This document shows, piece by piece, positions 24,668 to 33,504 of a stretch of DNA of 64,000 nt. The stretch lies in contig OY969559.1 of NCBI GenBank assembly GCA_963701075.1, positions 1,664,001 through 1,728,000 of the forward strand, given 5' to 3'. Made by a program: the position numbers and the translations under genes. The number at the start of each line of letters is the position of its first letter. Position 1 is the stretch's first letter. The DNA comes from an uncultured Nitrososphaerota archaeon (lineage in GTDB: Archaea; Thermoproteota; Nitrososphaeria; Nitrososphaerales; Nitrosopumilaceae). The notes below the pieces were generated by a model. It had not been told where the DNA came from, searched no databases, and saw only the letters and a program-made list of their open reading frames with translations.

Positions 24668-25476
24668 TGAAGAAATCAAGAAAGGACATAGTTGGAAATG
24701 GCGTAGAAACGATCAAGGATTTTGCCAATTCATTCACAAGTAAAAATTATCGTGGGAGTGTAACTTTCAAAACATATCCTACAAATGATCAGAGAAAAAC
24801 ACTTGAGGATTCTTGCCCAACAAAAGCATTATTCCCAATCAAAGAAAATGGCGCGATGGGTTTGGACAATGGTAAATGCATCATGTGCGGTCATTGTAGT
24901 GAGGCTGCATCAGAAATAATTGAAATTCATAGCAACCCCGCCATTCCTACAAGAAACAGGAATCAGATGATTGACTATTCCAGTCCACAAATATTTCCTA
25001 CAGAAAAACCATATGAACAAATTGGAAATGAATTAAAAGAAAAAATCCAAAAAATGTTCGGCCGATCACTTGCAATACGTCAGGTTGATGCCGGTTCGTG
25101 CAATGGTTGTGAAATTGAAATTGCCGCTCTTAACAACCCGATTTATGATATTGAAAGATTTGGAATACATTTTGTAGCTTCTCCCAGACATGCAGATGTC
25201 TTGCTAGTAACTGGACCTGCATCAAAAAACATGGAAGTTGCATTGTTACGAACCTATGAAGCAACACCTGATCCTAAAATTGTGGTTGCGGTAGGCGCTT
25301 GTGCATGTAGTGGTGGAATATTCGGTGACACATATGCAACAACAGGCGGAATTGACAAGATTGTTCCTGTAGATGTTTACATTCCTGGGTGTCCGCCAAG
25401 GCCACAAGTACTTCTTCAAGGATTGCTATTGGCGGTCAACAGGTTGAAACCTGAACAAATTAATCGTTTAAGGTGA
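24667..25476 (+). CDS. hyfI: HyfI/EhrS small subunit (NuoB-like) with N-terminal ferredoxin-like segment
   Basis: CPTKAL..CIMCGHC; GSCNGCEIE, SPRHAD, GACA, IPGCPP. Confidence 0.9.
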   Translation: MKKSRKDIVGNGVETIKDFANSFTSKNYRGSVTFKTYPTNDQRKTLEDSCPTKALFPIKENGAMGLDNGKCIMCGHCSEAASEIIEIHSNPAIPTRNRNQMIDYSSPQIFPTEKPYEQIGNELKEKIQKMFGRSLAIRQVDAGSCNGCEIEIAALNNPIYDIERFGIHFVASPRHADVLLVTGPASKNMEVALLRTYEATPDPKIVVAVGACACSGGIFGDTYATTGGIDKIVPVDVYIPGCPPRPQVLLQGLLLAVNRLKPEQINRLR

Positions 25477-25548
25477 GAGTACGCAACATTTGACAAATTC
25501 CCCAGTGGATCTGAAATTGTTTAATGTAGTAACTAGATCTTAGTGGAT

Positions 25549-25722
25549 TCAGACCTGCGAGGCTTGTAACCCATTTTCCATCTTTGCAATTAGTTTCTCT
25601 AGTTTTTCAGCGTCAACATCTACCTCTTGACTAACACTGCCTAGAGGGCATGCAGTTATGGAAAATTGCATTATTGCTGTAAGGATCTTGATTTCTTCTT
25701 CGTTAAGATCTATTGAAACCAT
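25549..25722 (-). CDS. small hypothetical protein (57 aa, not in ORF track)
   Basis: Manual translation MVSIDLNEEEIKILTAIMQFSITACPLG...; TTTAAA box about 25 nt upstream. Confidence 0.5.
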   Translation of the reverse strand: MVSIDLNEEEIKILTAIMQFSITACPLGSVSQEVDVDAEKLEKLIAKMENGLQASQV

Positions 25723-25872
25723 AATCAGTTTATGCTACCATTTGATTTAAAGAATAAACACGATTTTCATATCCTGCATGACTTATTGTTTCTGATTACT
25801 CATCTCATTAGGATCAAAATCTGCGAAATATGTTGCCTCACACTTTGCACATTACTTGCATGAAAGAATGCC

Positions 25873-26409
25873 TCAGATGAAATGCATGATAATTCCATGA
25901 TGCCACCTTGTAATTACGTGTAAAACAACTAATGTCACTAGCAATGCCGCAAGAATGGCTTGGCCGTGAACTAGTCTACTGAAGAATTTTAAATTTTTAC
26001 CAGATGTGAATTTAAGTATTATGCCACTAATCATTGACACTGTCATGACTATGACCAATGAAAGTGATATGTAGTCCAGTCCTCGAATGAGCATGAATCC
26101 ATGCGATAAACCAGCAAAGAATCCTACTGAATTTAGCATGATGTGGAAATTCAATACAGGTTGGTACATTGATGTCAAACTTTGCGAGATGCTAGACCCA
26201 CCAATTAATTTCATGACAGGCATCTTCTTTATCATTTTGAATATGACAAGCGAGAGATTTGCTGCTGTCCCACAGCCAATGGCTAGCCAGCCAAGAGTAG
26301 CAGCTGTGCTAAATCCTCCATCATCATCAGCATAGGCTAGAGTAGGAGCAAATGCAAGCGCTATCAATATTGATATTTTCAAATAAGAACTGGTAGAAAA
26401 AATTTGCAT
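25873..26409 (-). CDS. membrane protein with His pairs (cytochrome b/ferric-reductase-like)
   Basis: Signal peptide plus 4 TM; FHIMLN..LSHG and VHGQ..VLHV His spacing. Confidence 0.55.
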   Translation of the reverse strand: MQIFSTSSYLKISILIALAFAPTLAYADDDGGFSTAATLGWLAIGCGTAANLSLVIFKMIKKMPVMKLIGGSSISQSLTSMYQPVLNFHIMLNSVGFFAGLSHGFMLIRGLDYISLSLVIVMTVSMISGIILKFTSGKNLKFFSRLVHGQAILAALLVTLVVLHVITRWHHGIIMHFI

Positions 26410-26414
26410 AAAGA

Positions 26415-26666
26415 TTATGTCACTCTCATTTTAGCAGCCTTTCTTCTTATCTTGTATACTTTCCAGACTGAATATCCAACTACGCCAAGTATTGCAGAGA
26501 TGGTAACGTATAATGTTAAACTAAAGATTGTCAGGATCATCATGTTTGGCTGACCGCCTCCTTTGTTCTCATATTGTGCAAGAGCTAGTGTTGGCGCACT
26601 TGTGGCAAGTATGACAAGTGTCATCAGTATGTATGAATATATTTTCATAGAATAATTAATATTCAA
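26415..26666 (-). CDS. small secreted/membrane protein
   Basis: Signal MKIYSYILMTLVILATSAPTLALAQ (near-identical to that of 32385..32816) plus C-terminal TM. Confidence 0.65.
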   Translation of the reverse strand: MNINYSMKIYSYILMTLVILATSAPTLALAQYENKGGGQPNMMILTIFSLTLYVTISAILGVVGYSVWKVYKIRRKAAKMRVT

Positions 26667-26684
26667 GTCAGAATAAAACTGGTT

Positions 26685-26712
26685 CTACCATTTTTATCGA
26701 TGAGAACGGTAA
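26685..26712. promoter_or_regulatory. 28-bp palindromic operator, copy 1
   Basis: CTACCATTTTTATCGATGAGAACGGTAA in a divergent intergenic region. Confidence 0.75.
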
Positions 26713-26747
26713 CAAGTGTTTTATTAAATCTGTAGCACAGTTATGTC

Positions 26748-27119
26748 ATGATGCTGACTCAATCAGATACGCTTGAATCTATTTGTGGCAAGATTCTCAA
26801 CTTGGATTCCAAAATAATGTTTGTTGGAATAATTAACGATAAGGGCAGACTGCTTGCTGAAAATAAAAGAGAAGGGGCAGAGATACTTGCAGATCCAAAA
26901 GATCAGGAGATATTTTTAATGGAAATTGCATTAGGTATAAGGATGCGTAGCGAGCATGACGGGCATCTTGGACCAGCAAAATTTACCATATCATATGGAG
27001 ACAAGGTTATTTCAATGATCTTTCCTTTGGACGAGAAAATATTGTATGTCTCTGCAGAAAAAGAAATTGATATGTTAAAAGCAACTTTCCTGATATTACA
27101 GATTTTGGAAACAAAATAA
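26748..27119 (+). CDS. roadblock-like thaumarchaeal protein (DUF6659-type)
   Basis: C..ILNLDSKIMFVGIINDKGRL..LG; similar to 54745..55155. Confidence 0.7.
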   Translation: MMLTQSDTLESICGKILNLDSKIMFVGIINDKGRLLAENKREGAEILADPKDQEIFLMEIALGIRMRSEHDGHLGPAKFTISYGDKVISMIFPLDEKILYVSAEKEIDMLKATFLILQILETK

Positions 27120-27140
27120 AAATAAAAGTTGGTTCTTAAA

Positions 27141-27356
27141 TTATGGCCCGGATTCACTTGATTCGGTAGATCCAGATCCTGTTGATTGGGCTGTTGCATT
27201 TGTTGTATTAGATTCTTGAATATGCAATGCACTTTCTGTGTTTTCCTCTCCAGGTATCTCTGTTGCTTTGTCTCCTGCGATTGCCTTGACGCCCACTATA
27301 GCCATAGCAATCACAAGTATCGCAATGCCTGCACCAAAAACAATCTTTTTGTTCAT
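27141..27356 (-). CDS. small membrane-anchored acidic protein
   Basis: MNKKIV TM, EIPGEENTESAL, ESSESGP; paralogue of 30810..31058. Confidence 0.7.
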   Translation of the reverse strand: MNKKIVFGAGIAILVIAMAIVGVKAIAGDKATEIPGEENTESALHIQESNTTNATAQSTGSGSTESSESGP

Positions 27357-27390
27357 GATGTACTTTTTTTGTTGTCTTATAAGAGGCTAG

Positions 27391-27418
27391 TTCCCATTCC
27401 CATCGTTAAGAATGGTCA
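27391..27418. promoter_or_regulatory. 28-bp palindromic operator, copy 2 (degenerate)
   Basis: TTCCCATTCCCATCGTTAAGAATGGTCA. Confidence 0.6.
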
Positions 27419-27454
27419 TATTAATTAAAAACAAAAAGTTTTACGACAACTAGC

Positions 27455-28525
27455 ATGTTCTCACACTCAAAGTATGGATTCAATTTTTACTCTGTAGATA
27501 AATCATCCAGATTTCAGAGTTTTGTAACCGTGAAATCCATCATTAAACCAACAGTCATCACAAGTTTTCTCGTGTTTCTCTTATTTGCTCCGCTTGTCAA
27601 GGCAGAAGCAGATGGCGGATCGGGCATAGTGCCAAGTTGGATCAAACATGATGCACTATGGTGGGCGCAGGGAAAAATCTCTGATAATGATTTTATCAAT
27701 GGAACGCGTTGGTTAGTGGAAAACAAAATTCTTCCAGTAGAAGATCTAATTGAGGAAACAGATAACAATTTAACACCTGATTCAGTAAAAAAGATTGCAT
27801 ATTCCTGGAGTCAAAACCACCTTCCTGATTCTGTCTTTCTTGAGGGAATTCAATATTTGATCAAAAACGGAATAATGGAATTAAATAACAATGTAGCAAT
27901 TGAAATTACAAAGGAAAGGTTGGATCAAGTTTCGGTATGGAATGATACAAAGAAATCAGTTGTGATAATTCCAGTGTTCACTGCAAATGCGTATTCAGAT
28001 CGTGGATTTTATTTGTACTATGTTGGCAAGTGTGATTCAACTTGTCTTACCTCAATGATAAATACTAATGCATCATTGGGGTATACTGCAAGTCAACATG
28101 CAGTAGATGTTTTGCGATCACTGGGTTATCACACTATAACTGATATTGACGTAGACAAGCATCCATGGATTTTATCTCAATATGACAAGGTAATTGTTCT
28201 ACATAATGAATATGTGACACAAAAAGAATTTGATGCAATTACCACTCATCCGCATGTAATCTACCTATACCCAAATTCGTTATATGCCAAGATAGCAGTA
28301 AATTATGATCAGAATATGATTACGCTTCTTAGAGGTCATAATTATCCTGAATCAAATATAAGAAATGGTTTTGGCTGGAAATTTGACAATTCACAATTTG
28401 AATATGATGTATCATGCAATAATTGGAAATTTAATGAAATTATGAATGGGATTATGCTTGATTGTTATCCTGAGAATCATCTAGCATATAACATTCCACT
28501 ACTCAAAGCAATAAAAGATTACTAG
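27455..28525 (+). CDS. secreted protein with thaumarchaeal VPSWIK/WW repeats and a conserved C-terminal domain
   Basis: VPSWIKHDALWWAQGKISDNDF repeat; VLHNEYVT, YLYPNSLYA. Confidence 0.75.
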   Translation: MFSHSKYGFNFYSVDKSSRFQSFVTVKSIIKPTVITSFLVFLLFAPLVKAEADGGSGIVPSWIKHDALWWAQGKISDNDFINGTRWLVENKILPVEDLIEETDNNLTPDSVKKIAYSWSQNHLPDSVFLEGIQYLIKNGIMELNNNVAIEITKERLDQVSVWNDTKKSVVIIPVFTANAYSDRGFYLYYVGKCDSTCLTSMINTNASLGYTASQHAVDVLRSLGYHTITDIDVDKHPWILSQYDKVIVLHNEYVTQKEFDAITTHPHVIYLYPNSLYAKIAVNYDQNMITLLRGHNYPESNIRNGFGWKFDNSQFEYDVSCNNWKFNEIMNGIMLDCYPENHLAYNIPLLKAIKDY

Positions 28526-28622
28526 ATCCTTACAATAATTTTTAAAACGGTCTAGTCTTACAGAATTTTGAACGTTAATGGGTAGGGCTTGTCAGTTCCA
28601 TTTGCTTTGAGTACACTAGGTC

Positions 28623-28910
28623 TTAGAATCGTATCTTGATTTCCTGTGTCTTTTCTATGAATTTCTGTAGCTGTTGAAAAAATTGTATTCCCTTTTCTGT
28701 AATGATAAAAGTACGGTTTCTGTTGTCATGGGTGGATTCTACCAATCGTGAATCTATTAACCGCTGGCATTTCTCCACTACTGCATAATGAGACAGATTG
28801 GCTCTTCTAGATATGGACGATATTATTGCCCCATGTCTTCCACAATCCATTATTATAGATAAAATATCTGAAATTATGCCTAGTTCGGATCTGTATTGAT
28901 GTTTTGACAT
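28623..28910 (-). CDS. winged-helix transcription regulator (ArnR1/HTH_45-like)
   Basis: YRSELGIISDIL..ISRRANLSH..FIITEKG. Confidence 0.8.
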   Translation of the reverse strand: MSKHQYRSELGIISDILSIIMDCGRHGAIISSISRRANLSHYAVVEKCQRLIDSRLVESTHDNRNRTFIITEKGIQFFQQLQKFIEKTQEIKIRF

Positions 28911-28950
28911 GTTCTTCTATTCCTGTATTTGAAATGAAATAAAATCAGTT

Positions 28951-28978
28951 CTACCATTCTTACCAATAAAAATGGTAG
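28951..28978. promoter_or_regulatory. 28-bp palindromic operator, copy 3
   Basis: CTACCATTCTTACCAATAAAAATGGTAG. Confidence 0.8.
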
Positions 28979-29013
28979 TTAGGCAATTAAGTACAGAATC
29001 CCATATTATAAAC

Positions 29014-29130
29014 ATGGAAACCACAAACCAAATTCCAAAAAATCGCGTATCAGAAAAACAACATGAACACAGATGGACTGTAATCACATCACACTGGCAA
29101 TGTGAGATCTGTGGGAGGACTTTTGGCTAA
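29014..29130 (+). CDS. HxH/CxxC zinc-binding microprotein (38 aa, not in ORF track)
   Basis: METTNQ...QHEHRWTVITSHWQCEICGRTFG*; ATG about 35 nt after operator 3. Confidence 0.55.
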   Translation: METTNQIPKNRVSEKQHEHRWTVITSHWQCEICGRTFG

Positions 29131-29359
29131 GATAGTGTGCTACAAATTGTTGCTATGTGCAGTAGCAATGTTTGTAATAGCAATTGGTCCAAGCCTCCTT
29201 ACTTCAGCCTTTGCATTGACAGTCAGCAATGGTTACTACTCCCATTCACATGTGACGGCCCTGACAGATCCTAATCTAGTATGCGGAAACCAACTGTGCA
29301 CTCCAGGTGAAATGCCTCACCATCCGATAGTAGTGGTACCTGCTAAGGGGATTCAATAG
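29102..29359 (+). CDS. small secreted His/Cys-rich peptide
   Basis: Signal ending SAFA, then HSH, VCGNQLC, HH; start likely downstream (about 29136-29168). Confidence 0.55.
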   Translation: MRSVGGLLAKIVCYKLLLCAVAMFVIAIGPSLLTSAFALTVSNGYYSHSHVTALTDPNLVCGNQLCTPGEMPHHPIVVVPAKGIQ

Positions 29360-29560
29360 ATGATGAGCAGGCTATACGAGATAGGGGCAGTAAACCATCC
29401 GCATACTTCCACCGCTTTTTGGATATGCTACAGGTGTAACCTGACTTTACATGAAAAATCCTCAGTATCGTTACACAATGAAATAACAAATCACTCTGCA
29501 AGAAAGATTGAATTTTCAGTGTCAAAGGAGAATGAAAATTGTCGTCAATCAGAACAGTAA
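29360..29560 (+). CDS. C2H2-type zinc-finger small protein
   Basis: WICYRCNLTL..LHNEITNH. Confidence 0.65.
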   Translation: MMSRLYEIGAVNHPHTSTAFWICYRCNLTLHEKSSVSLHNEITNHSARKIEFSVSKENENCRQSEQ

Positions 29561-29673
29561 ACCGTCAAAGTAAAAACATCTTGAAAAGATTAGTGATAGT
29601 TCTGAGATATTTTGTATTGGATTTCTAATAACCAAATAAACAAATCATTATTCAAGTCAGAATAAAACGGATG

Positions 29674-29701
29674 CTACCGTTTTCATCAACGAGAATGATA
29701 G
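29674..29701. promoter_or_regulatory. 28-bp palindromic operator, copy 4
   Basis: CTACCGTTTTCATCAACGAGAATGATAG. Confidence 0.75.
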
Positions 29702-29736
29702 TTAGGCAATTAAATAACAAATACAGATTACAAACA

Positions 29737-30162
29737 ATGAAAAAATCTGTACAACAGTTCATCATGATTGCAGTAATTCTAGTACTTGCAAACAGCGGAA
29801 TCTATTTTGTTACTGCCTATTCCCAAATGCAAGAATCAAGTGATGTTCCAAGTCAGGTCCAGACAATGCTTTTTACAACTGCTGCAATAGTATACTTGCC
29901 ACTAGGAATATGGATGATCAAGAACAACCTTCACAGTAGAGCTCCGTATGTCATAGCAAGCCTGATCTCAATTGCCTTGATCGGACTATATGTCGTATCA
30001 AGAACTGTTAGTCTTCCAATAGTCGGCATACAAAATGATGTAGGTCTGGTGGATATACTAAGTAAGGTCACTCAGGGCTCCATAGTTGTGGTATCTTTGC
30101 TGCTTTTACGAAACTGGAACAAAGAAAAGATCAAAGTATCACAAATCAATTCATTTTTCTGA
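29737..30162 (+). CDS. 4-TM membrane protein
   Basis: Start moved to MKKSVQ (downstream of the operator); YVVSRTVSLPIVG..VGLVDILSK. Confidence 0.7.
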   Translation: MKKSVQQFIMIAVILVLANSGIYFVTAYSQMQESSDVPSQVQTMLFTTAAIVYLPLGIWMIKNNLHSRAPYVIASLISIALIGLYVVSRTVSLPIVGIQNDVGLVDILSKVTQGSIVVVSLLLLRNWNKEKIKVSQINSFF

Positions 30163-30492
30163 GAATTTCTCCCAAAGCCTTTGTATCTTTTCATCCATGG
30201 CAAATTTTTCAAGTTTACAGGAAATCTGGCCATCTCTGAACTTTACTTCTATGCCTGAGACCAAACTCTTGTAGTAACTTTCGTCAAGACCCTCAAGCGT
30301 ACGAATAACTTTGGTCTTCTTTATGAGACCCAGACTTTCCAGATTCTTGACCTTTCTGTAGGTAGTCGAAGCAGGAATGCCAAGTTTTGCTGATATTTCT
30401 TGGGCATTCAACTCATTTTTTGCAAGTATTGAGAGTATCTTTCTGCCATATTCATCTCCCAGTATTGCCAAGATATCATCATCATTTGTCAT
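30151..30492 (-). CDS. ArsR-like winged-helix regulator
   Basis: ILGDEYGRKIL, AQEISAKLGIPASTTYRKVKNL, C-terminal KIQRLWEKF. Confidence 0.85.
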   Translation of the reverse strand: MTNDDDILAILGDEYGRKILSILAKNELNAQEISAKLGIPASTTYRKVKNLESLGLIKKTKVIRTLEGLDESYYKSLVSGIEVKFRDGQISCKLEKFAMDEKIQRLWEKFSEK

Positions 30493-30496
30493 TTTT

Positions 30497-30766
30497 TCAG
30501 CTTTTCTTGACTGCTATGATTAATACGATAAATCCAGCTATCTCAAATCCTTCTTCTATTATTCTTTGCAAGTCCTCGCCAGCAAACGAAAATGCGTATT
30601 CCATGACAGTCTCTCCAAGGACTAGAAGTGTAAAACCTATGACTAAAAGTGCCATGGGCGGATATTTTGTCCTCTTGAACGCTTTAGCAGCAAAGAAGAC
30701 AAGTAAAAACCCAACTATGAGATGAGCGGCAAGAAGCACATAGTGGGTAATTGATGATTCAACCAT
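30497..30766 (-). CDS. 3-TM membrane protein co-encoded with the wHTH regulator (haloarchaeal-type partner)
   Basis: AAKAFKRTKYPPMALLVIGF, EIAGFIVLI; 4 nt upstream of the regulator. Confidence 0.7.
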   Translation of the reverse strand: MVESSITHYVLLAAHLIVGFLLVFFAAKAFKRTKYPPMALLVIGFTLLVLGETVMEYAFSFAGEDLQRIIEEGFEIAGFIVLIIAVKKS

Positions 30767-30809
30767 TGTCTACATCAACTTGTCACATTTGGCTCTAATA
30801 GATACTTTG

Positions 30810-31058
30810 TCATGGGCCAGATTCTGTCGACTCGGAAGAACTTGACTCATTGCCAGTAGATTCTCCAGTTGGTGATTTGATCTGTGATTGATTGTTCTCT
30901 TGTAGGTTTAATGCCTTTTCGGTGTTTTCTTCGGCGGGTAGTTCTATTTTCTCTCCCATGATTGATTTTACACCAAACGTTGCAGCAATAATGACAACCC
31001 CAACTGCAATTCCTATGATGATTTTTTTATTCATGACACTCAGTTCTTTATGATGCAT
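30810..31058 (-). CDS. small membrane-anchored acidic protein
   Basis: Paralogue of 27141..27356; likely start at MNKKII (31034). Confidence 0.7.
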   Translation of the reverse strand: MHHKELSVMNKKIIIGIAVGVVIIAATFGVKSIMGEKIELPAEENTEKALNLQENNQSQIKSPTGESTGNESSSSESTESGP

Positions 31059-31061
31059 AAT

Positions 31062-31103
31062 ATGCTAACTACCATTCTCATTGACGGGAATGGTAGTTAG
31101 CAT
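31062..31103. promoter_or_regulatory. palindromic operator, copy 5 (extended arms)
   Basis: ATGCTAACTACCATTC-TCATTGACGG-GAATGGTAGTTAGCAT, 16-bp perfect arms. Confidence 0.85.
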
Positions 31104-31128
31104 TAAAAAACACAAATAACAATAATTC

Positions 31129-31614
31129 TTGTTGTCCTCAAATACTACAATAATAACGCTAGGTCTAGCTATTGCCGCAATTACTATTGTTATAATTGCT
31201 GTAACAATGCTTATCCTCCCCACATCACAAGCAACAAACCAGAACACGCTTCAAACAAGCAACACTCAACATTACACAGGAGAAAAGAGGGAATTTTGGC
31301 TATTCAATAGTGAGATCCCGGGTTTTAATGAGACTCAAATGGGAATGCCACATGATGTTTACAGCATGCCTGTCATGGCAGTCTTCAAAGGTGACAAAGT
31401 GATAATCCATTTTTTTAACATTGAACAACCTGGAGGAGACAATCATTCATTTACTATCTTGGACAAACCATACAATATCAATGTCATTTTACATCCAGGC
31501 GAGAATAAAACCATAACATTTGATGCAAATACCACTGGAACATTTACCTATTATTGTACATTTCACTACCCCACCATGAGAGGCCAGCTCATAGTACAAC
31601 TTCCTCCATACTGA
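31129..31614 (+). CDS. membrane-anchored cupredoxin (type-1 Cu)
   Basis: NHSFTI and YYCTFHYPTMRG supply the His/Cys/His/Met ligands. Confidence 0.85.
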   Translation: MLSSNTTIITLGLAIAAITIVIIAVTMLILPTSQATNQNTLQTSNTQHYTGEKREFWLFNSEIPGFNETQMGMPHDVYSMPVMAVFKGDKVIIHFFNIEQPGGDNHSFTILDKPYNINVILHPGENKTITFDANTTGTFTYYCTFHYPTMRGQLIVQLPPY

Positions 31615-31695
31615 AATAATTTCAGATATGTTACAACTACAATTCATGCAAATCAAGATAAGGAGAACATAATAGGAAAGAGTGACTAATTAAGT

Positions 31696-32148
31696 ATGTT
31701 GAACAAAAAGAACATTTCCATTAGTATGATGAGGGTTCTACTGGGTTTGTCTTCATCTTTAGCCATCCCATCTGCATTTGCAAGTGGAGGTTCTATGATT
31801 GCAATCATTGTTACAACAGACGATCCCACTCTGGGAAATGATCTTGCAACATACGATGCTCAATACGGTCTTCCTGCCTGTACCATCTCAAACGGCTGTC
31901 TTGAGATTGCTACACCATTTGGCATCTCAAACTCAAATCCCTCCACAGCTTCAGATGTCTCGCTTTATGTGGAGCAAGCACATCAGGCAGCCCCTGGTGC
32001 AAAAATACTTGTAGTGGAAGCAAAATCAACTAGCTGGCAGGACAGATACAATGCGGCACATTATGCAGAAAGTCTGCCCCAAGTGGCTGCAGTTTCCTCG
32101 GCTTCTGATTCCAAAGTTATCATGGAAATTAGTCTTGTATTAAAGTAA
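31696..32148 (+). CDS. truncated S53 (sedolisin)-like secreted protein
   Basis: DLATYDAQYGLPACT..GC, APGAKILVVEA; catalytic E-x3-D degenerate and Ser domain missing. Confidence 0.55.
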   Translation: MLNKKNISISMMRVLLGLSSSLAIPSAFASGGSMIAIIVTTDDPTLGNDLATYDAQYGLPACTISNGCLEIATPFGISNSNPSTASDVSLYVEQAHQAAPGAKILVVEAKSTSWQDRYNAAHYAESLPQVAAVSSASDSKVIMEISLVLK

Positions 32149-32215
32149 AGTTAACGATATGTCTCTTTTTTCAAGGAATCATCTGTTTTCACTAAAGTTG
32201 CTGGAATAATACCAA

Positions 32216-32816
32216 TCAAAAGAAGTGCGCTCCTTGTAGGTTTGTCCAAGATAGGTTTGCTCCTTGTAGGTTTGCTCCAGACAGGTTTGCTCCTTGTAGG
32301 TTATCCCCTTGCATATTAGCATCTTGAAGGTTATCACCTGAGAGGTCATAACCTGCTAGATTACAATAAGGAATATTTGCTCCCTCAAGATTCAGCTCCT
32401 CCTTTGTTCGGTACCGGGCAATTATGATTGTATACAGTTTGTGTAAGTGTCTTAGTACTCGCTGCATAATTTGTGTCGCCTGAATATGTTTCGGTAATGG
32501 TATGTAATCCTGCAGATAAGAAGTATATGGAGAGTGTTGCAGTACCGCCTAATACTGGTACAAATAGTTGAGCTGTTCTGTCAATTGTAAATATTACATA
32601 ACCAGAGGGTGTGACAGAGCCAGAAGAGGGTGTAACTGTAGCTTTGAATGTAATAGAGTTACCAAACGTAGATGGATTGGCTGAGGAAGAGAGTGATGTT
32701 GTGGTAGAGATCGGGTTTGTAGCCTGTGCAAGAGCCAATGTTGGTGCACTTGTGGCAAGAATGACAAGTGCCATCAGGATGTATGAATATAATTTCATTG
32801 GATGATCAATATGCAA
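32216..32816 (-). CDS. secreted Ig-like (Big_3-type) plus pentapeptide-repeat protein; 1-nt frameshift at about 32393
   Basis: SSSANPSTFG, GLHTIT.TYSGDTNY; GANLEGAN/LQGAN repeats join after removing one base. Confidence 0.75.
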
Positions 32817-32834
32817 GTTGAAATAAAACCGGTT

Positions 32835-32862
32835 CTACCATTCTCATCAACGGGAATGGTAA
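32835..32862. promoter_or_regulatory. 28-bp palindromic operator, copy 6
   Basis: CTACCATTCTCATCAACGGGAATGGTAA; flanks near-identical to copy 1. Confidence 0.8.
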
Positions 32863-32896
32863 CAAGTCTTTATTGATTCTCTGACGTAGTTATACC

Positions 32897-33355
32897 ATGC
32901 TTAATCACAAAAAAATAATAATTCCAGTAATTGTGGCTTTGATAGCTGTTGCGGTAACTCCATACGCAATACATCCTGCAGAAGCTCACATTCTAAAAAC
33001 TTTCAACAATGTTTCAGTAAAGATTGGGTGGCTAAATGAGCCACCACTTGTTGGCGATACAAACCAGATTGACATCTTTGTTTACAACGGTACTAACGAT
33101 AGTGCTCCCCCAATATCGAATACGGGCCTAGATAACCTGACTGTGACAATACAGTATGGAGGACAGACTAAAGATATCACCTCATATTTTACTGCAAGCG
33201 ATGATACTCCAGGATTGTACACTGCGGCTATCATTCCTACGCAGCTTGGAACATACAATGTGATTATCAAGGGAACCATAGACGGAGTGAGTATTCCACC
33301 TACCACATATCCAATGCAAGAAGTTGAATCCAAGTACAAGTATAGTTTTCCTTGA
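32897..33355 (+). CDS. secreted protein with predicted N-terminal His after signal cleavage
   Basis: PAEA|HILK, IGWLNEPP, GLYTAAIIPTQLGTY. Confidence 0.65.
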   Translation: MLNHKKIIIPVIVALIAVAVTPYAIHPAEAHILKTFNNVSVKIGWLNEPPLVGDTNQIDIFVYNGTNDSAPPISNTGLDNLTVTIQYGGQTKDITSYFTASDDTPGLYTAAIIPTQLGTYNVIIKGTIDGVSIPPTTYPMQEVESKYKYSFP

Positions 33356-33504
33356 GACTCATCTAAGACCAATTTGTTCGTGTTTTAAAGTGGGGAACTA
33401 AACTAATAAACAAAACCCATCAGTTTACTAGTGCTATCTCTGATTCTCAGTTATGATATTTTACTTGAGATCTTATAATATCAAAGACAACACTATGACA
33501 TCAA

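Noticed and set aside
26685-32862. Palindromic repeats as a CRISPR array
   Set aside because: Spacing is 0.7-1.8 kb with genes between copies, the copies are degenerate, and no cas genes are present.
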